DNA of 63,622 nt, the filler included, from Hyphochytrium catenoides (taxonomy: Eukaryota > Protista > Hyphochytriomycota): the NCBI GenBank assembly GCA_900088475.1. It is 7 parts of 7 records of this genome, joined end to end, with 100 filler letters (N's around TTAATTAATTAA, not from the genome) between each part and the next. Parts side by side here need not be neighbours in the genome. Positions count along the whole stretch, not along the records: positions 1 to 26,459 come from FLMG01003400.1; 6 more parts are not named here. One strand, given 5' to 3'. A model generated the notes under the pieces. It was given only the letters and a program-made list of their open reading frames with translations. It had not been told where the DNA came from and did no database searches. The translations under genes were made by a program, and so were the position numbers. Of this stretch, positions 1 to 11,726 are shown in pieces (the first letter of the stretch is position 1; the number at the start of each line of letters is the position of its first letter).

Positions 1-1876
1 CTCTCTCTCTCTCTCTCTCTCTCTCCATCCAGATGTGGGAGGACCCAAGAACGACCGAACTGTCGTTACCCATCTGTGGTGCTGTGCTATGTAACTCTGT
101 GTGACGTTGTGACGTTGCGTCTTCTCTACCTTGTAGGAGATCAGGGGAAGAAGATGTGTGACCGTTGGGGAGATGATTGGCGTGCAGCCGCCCTCGCACC
201 TGTGGGGTCGACTGTTGACGGGAAAGATGAGATACGGAGAAGAGGTTGGAGCGGCGGGTTGCTTGTGATGGGTGGTCGCCAAGTCCAACAGTCGCCGCTG
301 TGGATCTGTCGAACCTAACACCGCTCATGAGGAGGAGCTGACAGCCAGTCATGAGTCTGATGAGGACGGTCACTGTTGTCTCTTCGTTTCGTTGAAGCCG
401 CAGCTTTATTCTTTCAGAGCTTTGGGGCCATCATCTGACCTTTTGGTTCGCTGTGAGGAGATAGTAGGAAGAGGAAAGGGATTTCAAGGGTGACTAGTTG
501 CTGTTCTTTCTCTCCCGCTCGTCATCTGTCTCCTCTCAAGAGTGCCATCTCATCAGTCACAAGCCAGGCAAATTTGCCAGACGACGAGGCTGTTCATTTT
601 TGCTGCTAAAAGGCCAAAGCACTCGATACACTACGAGAGACAGAGCGGCGAAGACAGGGATGTATGAGAGTGTACTGCCTGCGAAGTAGAGTGGTCTAGA
701 GATGCTACGAGCGAAGGAACACTCGACAGCATCAGGCGAGACATGATCGAGAAAGAGCAAGGTTCAAAAGCTCTTGATGTAGGTTGAGCGGGGGAAGAAA
801 GACCACTAGGGAGACACAGAAGTAGAAGAGTGAAGGTGGAAGTGAGAGGAAGAATTTCTTGTCAACGTCATTCATCTCATGCGTCTGCAGGAACGATCAT
901 AGGATGATGCCAAAAAGAGAGACATTCGAGAAGAGACGACAGAGAGAGAGAGAGAGANNNNNNNNNNNNNNNNNNNNNNNNNNNNNNNNNNNNNNNNNNN
1001 NNNNNNNNNNNNNNNNNNNNNNNNNNNNNNAGACAGCAGTCGATCAACATATATATATATATAGAGAGAGAGAGGGAGGGAGGGAAGAAAGAGAAAGACG
1101 CAAGCAGACCTAGAAAGTGCGTTCTTCAAATGATCCATCAGATGGACCGGAAGTTGATGAACCGCCAAATCGTCATTCGGTAGCCGTGAAGGCGGGTGGG
1201 AGAGCAAAGGAACAAGCAAGACGTCAGTCGACCTCGAAGTCTCATGCGCTTTACGGAGCCTGACTGGTCACTGAGGATGATGGTCTTATAGTCCTACGTC
1301 GATACGCAGCGAGAGAGAGAGAGAAAGAGAGAGAGACCCAGACTTCTCTAATAAAAATGACAGTTATCATCACCTCATGCTTGCATCATCAGTCAGCGGC
1401 AGCAGGAAACCATGTAAAGGAGGAGAGAGAGAGGAGACAGAACAGCAAGAAGGCGGATGAAGAGGGCAGAAGAACGGAAGAGACGACAGCTCCTTGTTAT
1501 TAGAAGGGATAAAGGACGGCTCATCAAAACATAGTCTAGTCCATCAGCCCCTGAGGGGCAAGACGGAGGAGCCTGCTCCAAGAGGAAGAACGACGGGGAA
1601 AGTGAGGAGGAGGACATGACATGACTGGAGAGAAGGGAGAGAGACAGAAGAGGCTTAGTCGTTGCCACTTTTGACGCGACGATGTCTTTCTTCTCCCACC
1701 CACCGGCTGAAGATAGCGGAGGAGTCAGAAGAACAAGATTCACCAAGAGGCTGCCACCAAGCCGTCGACTCTTTGGGTCCTTCGAAGGATAGAACTATAA
1801 TAGAGAGAGGTTGTCACCTTGAAGGCATCTTTCTGCAAATGGTTGTGCTGGTTGTCCAGGACGGCCACTTTGCCAT

Positions 1877-2441
1877 GAGAAATGCTTCAGACAGAGAGAG
1901 ACCAAATGAGAGACGAGGACCTTGGTGATGCGGCATAAGAATGAGGTAGAAAGAGAAAGGAGAAAGTAGTCTTCTTCTCTCCTCACTCTCTCGCCCATCA
2001 GCAGCAGCCAAAGAAGTAGTACTACCCTTTTGACAGGATTGTCGTCCTTCTGAAAGTTACCGTTTACCTTCCTACTATGTCTAATCACGCTGATGATCGT
2101 GGTCTTAGCAGGAGGCTAAGGATAATAATAGCCAACCTTCGCTTCTCTCTCTCTCTTCTCTTTCTAGTCCTCTTCTCTCCTATTTCCTGTCGCTTAATCC
2201 AGCGGTGACCTCTGCCTCTCTCCTCCAGAATGCTACGGACAGAGAGAGAGGGACCTAACGAGAGAGAGACCCTGGTGGTGCGACATAAGAAAGACGTAGA
2301 GTGAGGAAGGAGGAAAGGTAGCTTAGTCTTTTCTCACCACTCTCTCGCCCATCAGCTGCGTTTTCCTTCTATTAGACGCTCAAATCAGTCGCGCTGATGG
2401 TAGTAGTGTCGGAAGGACATAGCGATCACAGCCAACCCTTT

Positions 2442-2450
<9 letters not shown>
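1877..2450. repeat. Degenerate direct tandem duplication (copies ~1877-2150 and ~2226-2450)
   Basis: Collinear shared blocks: aatgct..gacagagagag, ccYtggtgRtgcgRcataaga, cactctctcgcccatcagc, cgctgatg, agccaacc followed by (CT)n. Confidence 0.75.
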
Positions 2451-2479
<29 letters not shown>

Positions 2480-2532
2480 ATTCTCTTCTCTCTGTCGCTT
2501 GCTCTCGCTTCTCTGCCTCTCTTTCTCCAGCT

Positions 2533-5310
2533 TTAAAGAAAGAGGACGTTGCCCACCTCGGTCGTGCTGTTGGCTGGAAGGTTGAAGAACTCCACGGGGC
2601 TGGAGCTGAATAGTCGCTTTAGCACCGAAAAGGACTGAATGACCGTTCTCATTAGGAAACCTCTCTCGGTCGCTGCTTTGGCGATGTTGCTGTTCACAAA
2701 GAGAGAGACTGGTTTGCTTCTTGGCCTTCCTCCTTTATTAATCTTGTCCTCTTCTCCTCTTTCAAGGCCATCATCTCTCTCCCTTTCCTGGTCCGTACGG
2801 AGTATGAGAGAGCTCCCCTTATTTGTCAGTTCAAAGCTCTTTAGAAGCTCTGCTAACTCTTGAGGCAACAATTCCTCGATCTCCTTGACCAGCACCACGG
2901 CCTCTCGAAGAAAGAGAGGAATATTGACCTCAGAGAGAGGCTCTGCCCAGCCATAATGTATAATGAAAGAGTAGATCTGCATCTCTCCGTCCACCACCAG
3001 AGCGCTGACCTTGTCTTCCGCGAAGACAAAAGGTTCAGAAGAAATCTCAATGTTGGCCAATAGCACGTACTGAGGCAGAACACCAAGCCTAGAGACAAGC
3101 TTAAGCATTGCCATGGGGATCTCATGCTGCTCTGGAGTGAGAAAGATCGCAATACCCGTGCCTCTGTTAATATGCTGTGAGAAGAGAGAGAGGCGGAGGT
3201 CCTCGACCGAACAGAGATCCGTCTTCAGCTCCGGACTCATCTCTAGGGCTATCTTCTTGTCTCTGAGGTACGCTTCATCACTCAGAGTCTTCCCTGCTTT
3301 CCAGATCCCCATTATGGACAGCAAAATAGTCGCGAGAAGCAGGGGAAACCAGCCACCGTCTGGAACCTTCAGGTAGGTCGCAGCAAGGAGTATGGCATCT
3401 ATTGTCCCTTGGAAGAGGAACATGGCAAGACAGATGAACCAGGGAAAGTGCCAGATGTAAGGCGCAACAAAGAAGCAGAGAATGATCGTCGTGATGAAGA
3501 AGACAGACGTAACAGCGCAGCCATAAGCGGCGGCGAGGTTGCTCGAGCTCTGAAAGGTCACAACTAGCGTGCAGCAGAGGACCATCAGCACAAAGTTGAT
3601 GGTGCCGATGTAGACCTGGCCCCTTTGTATAAGGCTCGTATGCACCACGTTCAGCCGGGGGAGAATCTCAAGGGCAGATGCTTGAGACATCAGCGTAAAC
3701 GCGCCAGTGATCAGCGCTTGAGACGCCACGACCGTAGCAAGGGTTGCGATGACCAGCATTCCATAGAAAACCACAGGAGAGCCACGGGGTACGGACCTCC
3801 AGAAGACCTGTTCGGCAATCTCTTGCTTCTCTGCAAGCGTTAGCCCTGCGTTGGGATTACTAACGAACTCTAAGATGTACGCGGCCTGACCAAGATACTG
3901 AAGGATAAGGCAAGGAAAGACCATGCAGAACCACGAGACGTAGATGGGCGAGCGGCCAAAATGCCCCATATCTGCAAACATTGCCTCGGCTCCTGTCACT
4001 GTGAGGACAATGCTTGCAGTGGCCTTCAGGCCCTCTCCTTTGGCATAATAGCCTTCGCTCCACCAGCGGACGAGAACGACCGGGCTAAACGCTCTGAGGG
4101 GCGCCGCTCCATAGCTTGCAAGGTTATAGACGCCGATGGCAGCGATGCTGCAGAACCATACAATCATGATAGGGCCAAACGCGATGCCCACTTTCTCTGT
4201 CCCTCGGCTCTGGAAGAGAAAGAGGAGGATGAGAATGACAAGCGCCACGTAGATAATGTACTGCTCAAAAGACGGGACTTGCACCGTTATCCCCTCTAGG
4301 GCAGCCAGGATAGAGATCGCAGGAGTGATGACACTCTCGCCCAAAAGAAGAGAAGCCCCAGCGCAGGTGAGACAGAGCAGCACTGTCTGTTGAACTGCGG
4401 AGAGCTTCTCCCTGACGCACATGACTCGTTGATAGAGAGCAAAGGTCCCGCCCTCCATGTTATAGTCCGCTCTCAAGACAAAGCCACAGTATTTGACGCA
4501 AACCACCAGGATCAGGCAGTAAAGCATGTTACTCAGCGCCCCCAGCACCTCGTCTTCGGTAGGAACTACGCCTTCGGTTATGACTTGGTGATGGATTACC
4601 TCCTTGAAGGTATACAAGGGACTGGTACCAATGTCTCCATAGATGACGCCCAGAGCGGCGATGGAGCGGAGAAGTAAGGTTAGCGATGGGTTACGGCCAT
4701 CTTCTGCCGCGTGAGAGTGCCCATCCGTGCCTTTATCTCCTCCTCTACTGACAGCCTTCTTCTGCTGAGTCTTCTGCTCCTGATCTTCCAAAGCTTTCTC
4801 TTCTCCTGCTCCCACTGGCCGCACGTCAGCGGAGTCAGCCACTCCTTCCAGAATAGGCTTCGACTCTCTTCGCTGCGGCGTACTTCGAAGAGCAAAGATA
4901 TCCCTGACATCCCTGTGTCTTTCTCCGCTCGTCGGGGTGTTGACCTGCTGCCACGAACGCCCAGTATTAGAGTTTAGAGTAGCGAAAGGATCGTTGCTGA
5001 AAGCCGTGCGTGTGCGCGTCAGGCTTTTCTGATTGACAAAGTTACGCGTGGAGCTTCCTCTGCGTGTGGAAGCCGAACGATAGGATCTGCCCGTCAGCAG
5101 CGGACCGGGCGTCACGGTCAGTCCACCAGCAGCGGTCAATGTGCGGGCAGATGTTGGAGGATGATGGGGAGAGGAGATCTGAGCGTAGGAGGCAACCGTG
5201 TGCGGCTGGCTCTCCGCAGATGGTGCAGCGGTGGAGGAGGAGGATGGGAACTCAGGCAGCGGAGCGACATCACTTAGCGCTTCGGGCCGCTTAAGGGCGC
5301 GGTTCCTCAT
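2533..5310 (-). CDS. kup: KUP/HAK/KT family potassium transporter, single exon, 925 aa, with ~210-aa low-complexity N-terminal extension
   Basis: Family motifs GVIYGDIGTSPLY, EGGTFALY, TPAISIL, GAEAMFADMGHF, GQVYI and KVPDGGWFPL; many hydrophobic helices; uninterrupted ORF ending in TAA. Confidence 0.96.
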   Translation of the reverse strand: MRNRALKRPEALSDVAPLPEFPSSSSTAAPSAESQPHTVASYAQISSPHHPPTSARTLTAAGGLTVTPGPLLTGRSYRSASTRRGSSTRNFVNQKSLTRTRTAFSNDPFATLNSNTGRSWQQVNTPTSGERHRDVRDIFALRSTPQRRESKPILEGVADSADVRPVGAGEEKALEDQEQKTQQKKAVSRGGDKGTDGHSHAAEDGRNPSLTLLLRSIAALGVIYGDIGTSPLYTFKEVIHHQVITEGVVPTEDEVLGALSNMLYCLILVVCVKYCGFVLRADYNMEGGTFALYQRVMCVREKLSAVQQTVLLCLTCAGASLLLGESVITPAISILAALEGITVQVPSFEQYIIYVALVILILLFLFQSRGTEKVGIAFGPIMIVWFCSIAAIGVYNLASYGAAPLRAFSPVVLVRWWSEGYYAKGEGLKATASIVLTVTGAEAMFADMGHFGRSPIYVSWFCMVFPCLILQYLGQAAYILEFVSNPNAGLTLAEKQEIAEQVFWRSVPRGSPVVFYGMLVIATLATVVASQALITGAFTLMSQASALEILPRLNVVHTSLIQRGQVYIGTINFVLMVLCCTLVVTFQSSSNLAAAYGCAVTSVFFITTIILCFFVAPYIWHFPWFICLAMFLFQGTIDAILLAATYLKVPDGGWFPLLLATILLSIMGIWKAGKTLSDEAYLRDKKIALEMSPELKTDLCSVEDLRLSLFSQHINRGTGIAIFLTPEQHEIPMAMLKLVSRLGVLPQYVLLANIEISSEPFVFAEDKVSALVVDGEMQIYSFIIHYGWAEPLSEVNIPLFLREAVVLVKEIEELLPQELAELLKSFELTNKGSSLILRTDQERERDDGLERGEEDKINKGGRPRSKPVSLFVNSNIAKAATERGFLMRTVIQSFSVLKRLFSSSPVEFFNLPANSTTEVGNVLFL

Positions 5311-7599
5311 GCTTTCGTTGCTTTCCCGTGTTGACCTTACTCGTCTGCCCTTCTTTCAGCTGTAGCTCCACAAGAGAGAGAGAGAGAGAGAGATGCTTCT
5401 AAGCTGGTCCTTAGGCTAGTCTGCGGGCCCAGCGCGATGACTGTACTTCAGAGCCTGAAGGACTGGGTGACAGAGCCGCAACAGGAGAGTTAGATGGACT
5501 GGCTTGACGCTTCTGTCTGGCTCTTCGTTGTCCGCAGGGAAAGAGAAAGTAGTGAAAGGGAAAGTGTCGGCAGGTGGTGGGGAAAGATGTTGGGCTTGAG
5601 GAGCGCTGATGAGGGANNNNNNNNNNNNNNNNNNAGAGAGAGAGAGAGAGAGAGAGAGGAAGAAGAGTTTCCTAGGACGAGAAGAGAGAGAGAGAGTCTT
5701 CACAACGAGGATTTTCTTAGGTTTATTAGACGAAGATGAGGCAACTGCAGGGAGAAACAGACATCAGGTTGTGAAAAGCCCCCTCTCTTTCTCGCTCTTC
5801 CCCACTCCCTCTCTGTATAACATCGTGACTGTTCTGCTCTCTCCTTTCTCTCTCTCTGCATCTTGCCCCTCATCCCACATTTCTCTTCTCTCTGCTGCTA
5901 CTCGTACTCCCACCTTTCGCTATCTCTTCCTCCTCCGCCTTTCCAATACTCTCTCGTCTCTCTCTCTCTCTCTTCCCTCTCTCTCCTCCCACTCACTCTC
6001 TCTGTCTGTCTGTCTGTCCCTCTCTTTCTCTCTCTCTTTCTCTTCTTCTCTGTCCCTGCCTCTCTCTCTGTCTCTGTCTCTCTCTATCTCTTCTCTGTCT
6101 CTCTCTCTCCCTGTGTCTCTAGCTCTGTCTTTGTCTCTCTCTCTGTCTCTCTCTCTCTCTCTCTCCTGCATTCCTTTCCCCTATAAATCTCTCTCACCTT
6201 ACTGGACATTTCTGGCTCTCTGCAGTCCCAGCTCTTGCACTGGAAGAGGGGAACCCAAGAAATTAACGCATATTTCTTTCAAGCGTGGTTTCTCTTCCTA
6301 CAAATCACTGAAACAATAGGGTGAGTGAAACCTACCTGAATCATTCACCGTAAGTTTCCTTGTGAGAATGGATTTCTGGGGCTGGGCGGTCGGTCTAAAT
6401 ATATCTTAGGCTTTCTGCGGGATGCGGGATGAGCGGAGGACGGCAGACTCCGCCTCGTAGTTCTTATACTGTTATAAAGCCTAAGGTAGCCTCCATTCTT
6501 CCAGGTTTATTGATTGGAGGCTTTCTCGTTCGCCATCGCTAATGTTATCTTAGAGAATCACAAGGGGCTGAGAAAAAGAATATATTAGGAAGATCATACC
6601 AGTTCTAAGCAGTTGATAACAAGTGAGCTATTAGAGATATGTGAACACAATGACAGTCATTCAGAGTGTAATCTAGCAGGGGGGTGCTAAATCAGAATAT
6701 ACTGGGAGAGCTGGCGCCTGACCCCATGCTGTGTGACACAAAGAGCCGCACTATGTGGTGCACGGGGGCCGCCTGCGCCAGCGCCAAAAGATCTGCGCTT
6801 GCGATCTCATTGTCAGCTGGGGACGGAGATCCCTCTGTCCTACCTAAGTCATTGGCTGTGTCTTCTAGGGCAGTGATGTCTTCTGATACCTCCAAATCAA
6901 TGCTAGGCAAGGTTTGGCCAGGCCTAGCAACCAATAAGGCGAGAGGAGAGAAGGTAGAGTTGTCATCATCGGTGATTATTACTTACCCCACCATTCACGA
7001 CTATCTGATAAGAATGGACGCCTCTGTTCTAGCGTCATCATATCTGTGAGCGTGGGACACAGCTGCTCCTCATCAGTTCCAGCGCTTTCTGCTACTATAA
7101 CCTTTAGCGAGGGCTTGCTTCTTGCTGACAGAAGACAGGAGTTGCGGTTACTACTCCTGCATTACTGCTAGTGACGTTCTTAGTTTAGCCATCGTCCAGC
7201 GTCTAAGGGGCAAGACGTGTCCTCATTCCTTAGGACTACCCGAAGAGCTACCATCAATCCCGTTTATAATCCATTGTGTCTCTTATGTATTGTTCTCTTC
7301 TCTGCTCGGGCATTCTTCCTTGATGAGCTTTTCTTCAGCATGCCGTCTTGGCGCTGCTGACCACCGTCCGTCCAGAAAGAAACGAGGTGCAGCTAACCTA
7401 GGTCTATAGTGCCCATACACTCAAGAAAGGACGGACGGAATCACTCTGGAGGACTCCTGAAGTGAAAAGACGTTACGCAGGTCTAAAATGAACAAACTAT
7501 TAGTTATCTTAGGGCTGAAACGACAGACCGACGGTGGAGGATGGGGCCTCTAAAAAATGGGGAGGGGCTGTCCAAGAAAAATAAGGTGTTGACGGAGAC

Positions 7600-9518
7600 C
7601 TAGAAGATCCCCACAATGCCTTTCCTTTCCAACTCTGTCAGGTCCTCGTGACTGAGCCCAAGCAGCTCCCCCAACACCTGGGCAGTGTGCTCCCCATGCC
7701 GTGGCGGAGGGAGCACGTAGGAAATGGGGTGACCCGAGAACTTGACAGGGTTTCCTATAAAGTTGAGCTCCTTACCACCTTGTTCATCGTCGTCGATGAT
7801 AGAGAAGGGTAGACTTTTAACTAATTGTCTGAAAGCAAAAGGAAGCGTGGACACAACGTTAGCTTGAGGGAAGAGGGACAGGTGTGAAAAGAGTTGTCGT
7901 AGCTGTAATATAAACGCCAAAGGAGTATAGGGGTTAGTTAGACCTAAAGTCAAAAGACACAGGGCTGTAGGCAAATGCCGCGACGAGGATAAGCCGGCTG
8001 GGGTACTTCTCACACAGGCTGATACCAAGCACTGGAGGAGAAATACACTCAGAGGACGAGTGAGGAAAGCTAACACTTGATGCTAGGGCACAGTCGGAGG
8101 GAGCTCTTACCTGTGCTGCACCTGAGGCTCAGCCAGAGCTTCTTTGATATCATTGATGGGCCCACAGGGTACTCCTTTCTTCTCTAGTTCCATAATCCAG
8201 TCCTCTCTCTTTCTTTCCTTCATTCTTTCATCGATGAGTCTATCCAACACCTTCCTATGAGCCACTCGAGCGGCATTGGTAGCAAAGCGCTCGTCTTGGG
8301 CCCATGCTGGCTGGCCAAGAACCTCGCAAAATTTTCTGAATTGGTCGTCATTACCAACAGCTAACATAATGTTCCCATCCTTCACGGGAACTGATCTGTA
8401 CGGCACAATGTTAGGGTGAGCAGTGCCCATTCTCCGCGGGGGTTCGCCCGTCATGAGGCAGTTCATGGCCTGGTTGGCTAGTGCAGCAATTTGCGTGTCT
8501 AGAAGGGATAAGTCAATGTGCTCTCCCTCAACAGGTCCAGAAGTTGAAAGAGAGGAAGATTGAAGTTTCTCTCTCTGCACGCGGAAGAGTGCTGCTAGGA
8601 CTGCGCTCGAAGCATACAAGCCTGTGAATAGATCTGCAACGGCCACTCCCACCTTCTGCGGCCCTCCTCCGGCTGTATGGCCACTGCCCTCACTCTCCCC
8701 CGTTATGCTCATCAGCCCGCTCATGCCTTGAATCATGGCGTCATACCCTGCCCTGTGAGAGAGCGGACCTGTCTGTCCAAAGCCTATTGAAGGCGGGTAA
8801 GTAGCCATATCTAAAGGTTCTAGCCAAAGAGAGACGAGAACAGGAGATCAAGTGGAAGAAAGGTCAAGAAGCAAACGAGCCAAAATGGGCAGGAAAACAC
8901 CATATTGAGAGAAGACAAGGGCGCCAGAAGGCGGGAGACAGGCTTACCAGTGATGGAACAATAGATTAACACAGGATTGACAGCCTTCAAGGACTCATAA
9001 TCCAGTCCGTACCGAGCCAAGCCTCCAACCTTGAAGTTCTCAACCAGGACGTCAGCAGATGCCACCAGCCTGCGGATAATGTCTTGTCCTTCCTCTGTCT
9101 TGATGTTGACCGCGATGGACCGCTTCCCCCGATTTGCACAGAGGAAGTACGCCGACTCCTCAGTTGTTCTTCTCCTCTTTCTCCCTCTTTGATCTCGCTC
9201 CTGACCGTCTTCAAGCTCCTTCCCCTTGTCGTTCTTCGAGGAGGCGAGAGAGACAAAGGGAGGACCCCACGATCTAGTATCATCACCTTTCAGTACTTCC
9301 TCAACCTTTATCACCTCTGCACCGTAGTCAGCGAGCAGTTGGGTGCACCATGGTCCTGCAAGGACACGAGATAAATCTAGAACGCGGACGCCGTGGAGGA
9401 GCCCCGGACGAGGAGCAGACGACGCACTACGCCGAGCTGACGACGTTAAGCCATGGTCACTCCTCTTCAGCAAGTGAGAGACGACCCTAGCGATCCCACT
9501 TTCAGTGAGACTTCTCAT
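7600..9518 (-). CDS. Class III CoA-transferase (CaiB/BaiF family, SUGCT-like), 3 exons, probable mitochondrial presequence
   Basis: Motifs [61 protein letters not shown]|FGQTGP, AGYD (catalytic Asp), [21 protein letters not shown] introns in matching phase (ACT G|gtaagc...caatag|GC; CAC AG|gtaaga...ttcag|A at 7828). First ATG at 9518. Confidence 0.95.
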
Positions 9519-10320
9519 CAGTCTAAGGTCCGCAGCCACTCTTCCTGCTAAGGAGACTTGAGCGCTAGTTGCTTAAAAGCTTCCACTCCTACTTGTCAGC
9601 GCGTCGCCAGGAGGGATATAAAGCTCGAACCACTGCGCGTCAGTTCTATCTTTGCCCAGGGTTTGAAGCGCTTTAGTGCCCTTCTGCTGGCGCTGTATCT
9701 GGCAAGGGCTTGCACAAGGTTCAGTTGACAAGAAGTAAGCGGCAGAGCGGAGGATAGCTTCCAGATGAGAAGGAAGCTGTCGAGCTGATGAGGTCAGGCC
9801 ATCACCTCATCAAGCGAGACTTCCTTCGTCATAAGGAAACTTTTTCTGGCTTTTCACGATCTACAACCTTTTGTGTTCAGAATGTTATCCATGTACATAG
9901 CAGAATCTGTACGACAAGCTATGATTATTCGGTATATATAGTTTAGCCTAGGACTTTGTAGACTGTGGACTTCCTAGTAAGAAAGCAGGACTCGTTGCAA
10001 TAATTGAGAACAAGAGGCCCGACAAGGTCAACAACCCTAGGCTTTGCCCATGCCAGGTAACTCCCACAGTTCCGCATTCTGCACACTAACATGCGTCACA
10101 GCCTCACACAATAAATAAAGATAAATAATAAACGACCAAGGATCTGGCAGCAGTCACTTTTCGGTGTCTGCGCAGTATATCAGTGCCACTATCCTCGATA
10201 GCGCTCACTGAGCTTATTAAGTTCGTTCCGACGGCAGCTCATGTACATATCACGCAGAGCCTGCAAGATAAGGCGGGGCAAGAATTGACAAATGTGAGCA
10301 TGCGACTGAAACGGGGAATA

Positions 10321-10881
10321 TCAGCTCAGCGTATGAAGACAGCAATAGCAAAATCGAATGACGGAAAAATAACCAAAATTGATATCCGGATGTAGATTAT
10401 GACCGTCACAGAGCCTGGCAAATCTTACCATGCAATCGCCGGTCATTGTCTGAAGCCGCAATCGTTGCTCAAGAGAAGTCCCATGAATCGGTCTGCAGCG
10501 CTGTGCAGCTTGCATGCAGAGCTTGTGGTTCTCAATTATTGTAGAGCATGAAGGTTGCGTGGATAGTGATCCAGTTTCTGACACAGAATGGTCGGTAGCT
10601 CGATTAGGAGGTGAGGCGGCGGAATGTACTTGAGTTTCAGTCTTCTCGCTGGCTCTTCTGATACCGTCAACATGGCTCCCATTAGTCGCCGATGCTCGAG
10701 CGGGACTTTGGTTGCTTAGTTGGGTATTATCTGGTTTTTCGGGTCCGCTCAGACTGGATGACGATGAAGATCGTCGACGCCCAATAATCGGAGCAAGGGC
10801 ATACTGGCGGCCAGCAGTGCACTCGTGATGAGGAGAAGAACTAGAGTCCCCTCCTCCACGGATGCTACCAGTGAACGACAT
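10321..10881 (-). CDS. Hypothetical Ser-rich protein or first exon, divergent from the PolX-like gene
   Basis: ATG-initiated 186-codon ORF outside microsatellite DNA, with a candidate donor TGCATG|GTAAGA. No recognisable domain. Confidence 0.3.
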   Translation of the reverse strand: MSFTGSIRGGGDSSSSPHHECTAGRQYALAPIIGRRRSSSSSSLSGPEKPDNTQLSNQSPARASATNGSHVDGIRRASEKTETQVHSAASPPNRATDHSVSETGSLSTQPSCSTIIENHKLCMQAAQRCRPIHGTSLEQRLRLQTMTGDCMVRFARLCDGHNLHPDINFGYFSVIRFCYCCLHTLS

Positions 10882-11145
10882 ATCTGTATCTTCTCTCTTG
10901 TGATGGCTTAAGCTAAAGCACTTATATCGTTGTTGCCTTAGATAGGATGTACGACTCTGGGACTTGGTCTAAAGTTTTCTGAAGAAGAAGCTTCATCAAT
11001 GACAAAGCTCTTCTGCGTATTTTAGTAATAATTCTGAAGCTTTTCTCCCAAAGATCTGGGAAAGTGCGGACGAAACGACATTGATCACCTGAAGCTCTCT
11101 ACTATTTGGAATAAATAGGATCTAGACAGGCCCTATTCCGTTATA

Positions 11146-11246
11146 GACTGTAGCTTCTACAGTCATATACTGTAGTGGACGGGATGATGACTAAAAGCGC
11201 TCTCCTCCTCTGATTGGCCAGAGACGTCTCAAGACAGCCAATCAGA
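11146..11246. promoter_or_regulatory. Candidate bidirectional promoter: inverted CCAAT boxes around an ACGT-core palindrome, plus an 8-bp hairpin
   Basis: TCTGATTGGC (11209-11218) and GCCAATCAGA (11237-11246) form a perfect inverted repeat around GAGACGTCTC (11221-11230). GACTGTAG-ctt-CTACAGTC at 11146-11164. Lies between divergent ORFs. Confidence 0.5.
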
Positions 11247-11726
11247 AAGGGTCAGGTCTGACCATCATCATTACAATTCTGATAATCGAACCTCCCACGC
11301 AATGATCATCGAGAAGAAAGCAAAAACATCAATAAAGCCCATATAGCTAACTAGGCTAACCATCATTCCAGATACTTCCGAAGTTGATAATGGGCCTCCA
11401 TGGCTTTCCCAAGAAATAGATTAACAGGGTTATTATATGCAATCAGCAAGAAGAAAGCTCTTCGCTCCACGAAGATCGGAGGCGCAATAATCTGCAGATC
11501 TAGCTGCAGTTCTGCAGGCAAAGACATTCTGCGGTCCGCCGCTGCAGATAGAGATGCGGCAGGCGCAGAGGGAACTGCTAGCTATGTGAGGTACACAGCA
11601 GTGGAGTAGTGTCTGCTTATCCGCTTGTATATGGCATGACAGGGAGAGGAAAGGGTTTGCCTCGAGAACGGGCCTTAAAGCAAGCCCAAAGCTCACTGGG
11701 AACCTTCCCGTGGTATTGACGCCAGA

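Noticed and set aside
26-140. DVGGPKNDR resembling the G-alpha/Arf DVGGQ switch motif after a CT tract and CAG
   Set aside because: The catalytic Gln and following Trp are missing, the frame closes within ~20 codons and no other G-domain motif is visible.
6692-7100. Possible small spliced gene on the minus strand (GT-AG intron ~6985-6924)
   Set aside because: The upstream frame contains stops and no homology is recognisable; cannot be supported as a gene.
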